Assembly (NCBI RefSeq): GCF_032191835.1 | Contig: NC_083242.1 | Location: 1,302,001-1,366,000, forward strand | Source: Heteronotia binoei | Taxonomy: Eukaryota | Direction: 5' to 3' | Length of the DNA: 64,000 nucleotides | Shown here: one piece after another, positions 63,991 to 64,000 of the stretch | How the letters are laid out: each line of letters opens with the position of its first letter | How positions within the stretch are numbered: position 1 is the first letter of the stretch | Program-made: the position numbers and the translations under genes | Notes under the pieces: generated by a model | What the model saw: the letters and a program-made list of their open reading frames with translations, nothing else | What the model was told of the DNA's origin: nothing | The model's database searches: none

Positions 63991-64000
63991 CGGAGGCAAC

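Overview
Vertebrate genomic DNA, most likely a squamate reptile and probably a gecko (inferred from the SINE, CR1 and Penelope-type repeats). The block is syntenic with human 16p13.3. In order: E4F1 coding exon 1 (-), sharing a CCAAT-rich bidirectional promoter with a complete 2-exon PGP (+, 321 aa); a complete 6-exon BRICD5 (+, 226 aa); a complete MLST8 (-, 8 coding exons, 326 aa), whose 3' end appears to overlap that of BRICD5; and, where human has CASKIN1, a 3'-incomplete hexosaminidase D-like GH20 gene (+, 12 coding exons seen, 503 codons) with an N-terminal signal anchor and a GC-AG intron. All exon boundaries were read by hand and checked for phase. Introns are dense in SINEs, CR1/L1/RTE fragments, hAT MITEs, long palindromes and tandem arrays. 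There are three N gaps. The most unusual structure is a pair of ~2 kb inverted 134-bp CR1-tail arrays sitting within ~100 nt of the ends of the nine-exon catalytic block of the HEXD-like gene. Back-splicing of that block would give a 1242-nt circle with a stop-free, in-frame ORF. No database search was run; family names come from recalled consensus sequences and need checking.
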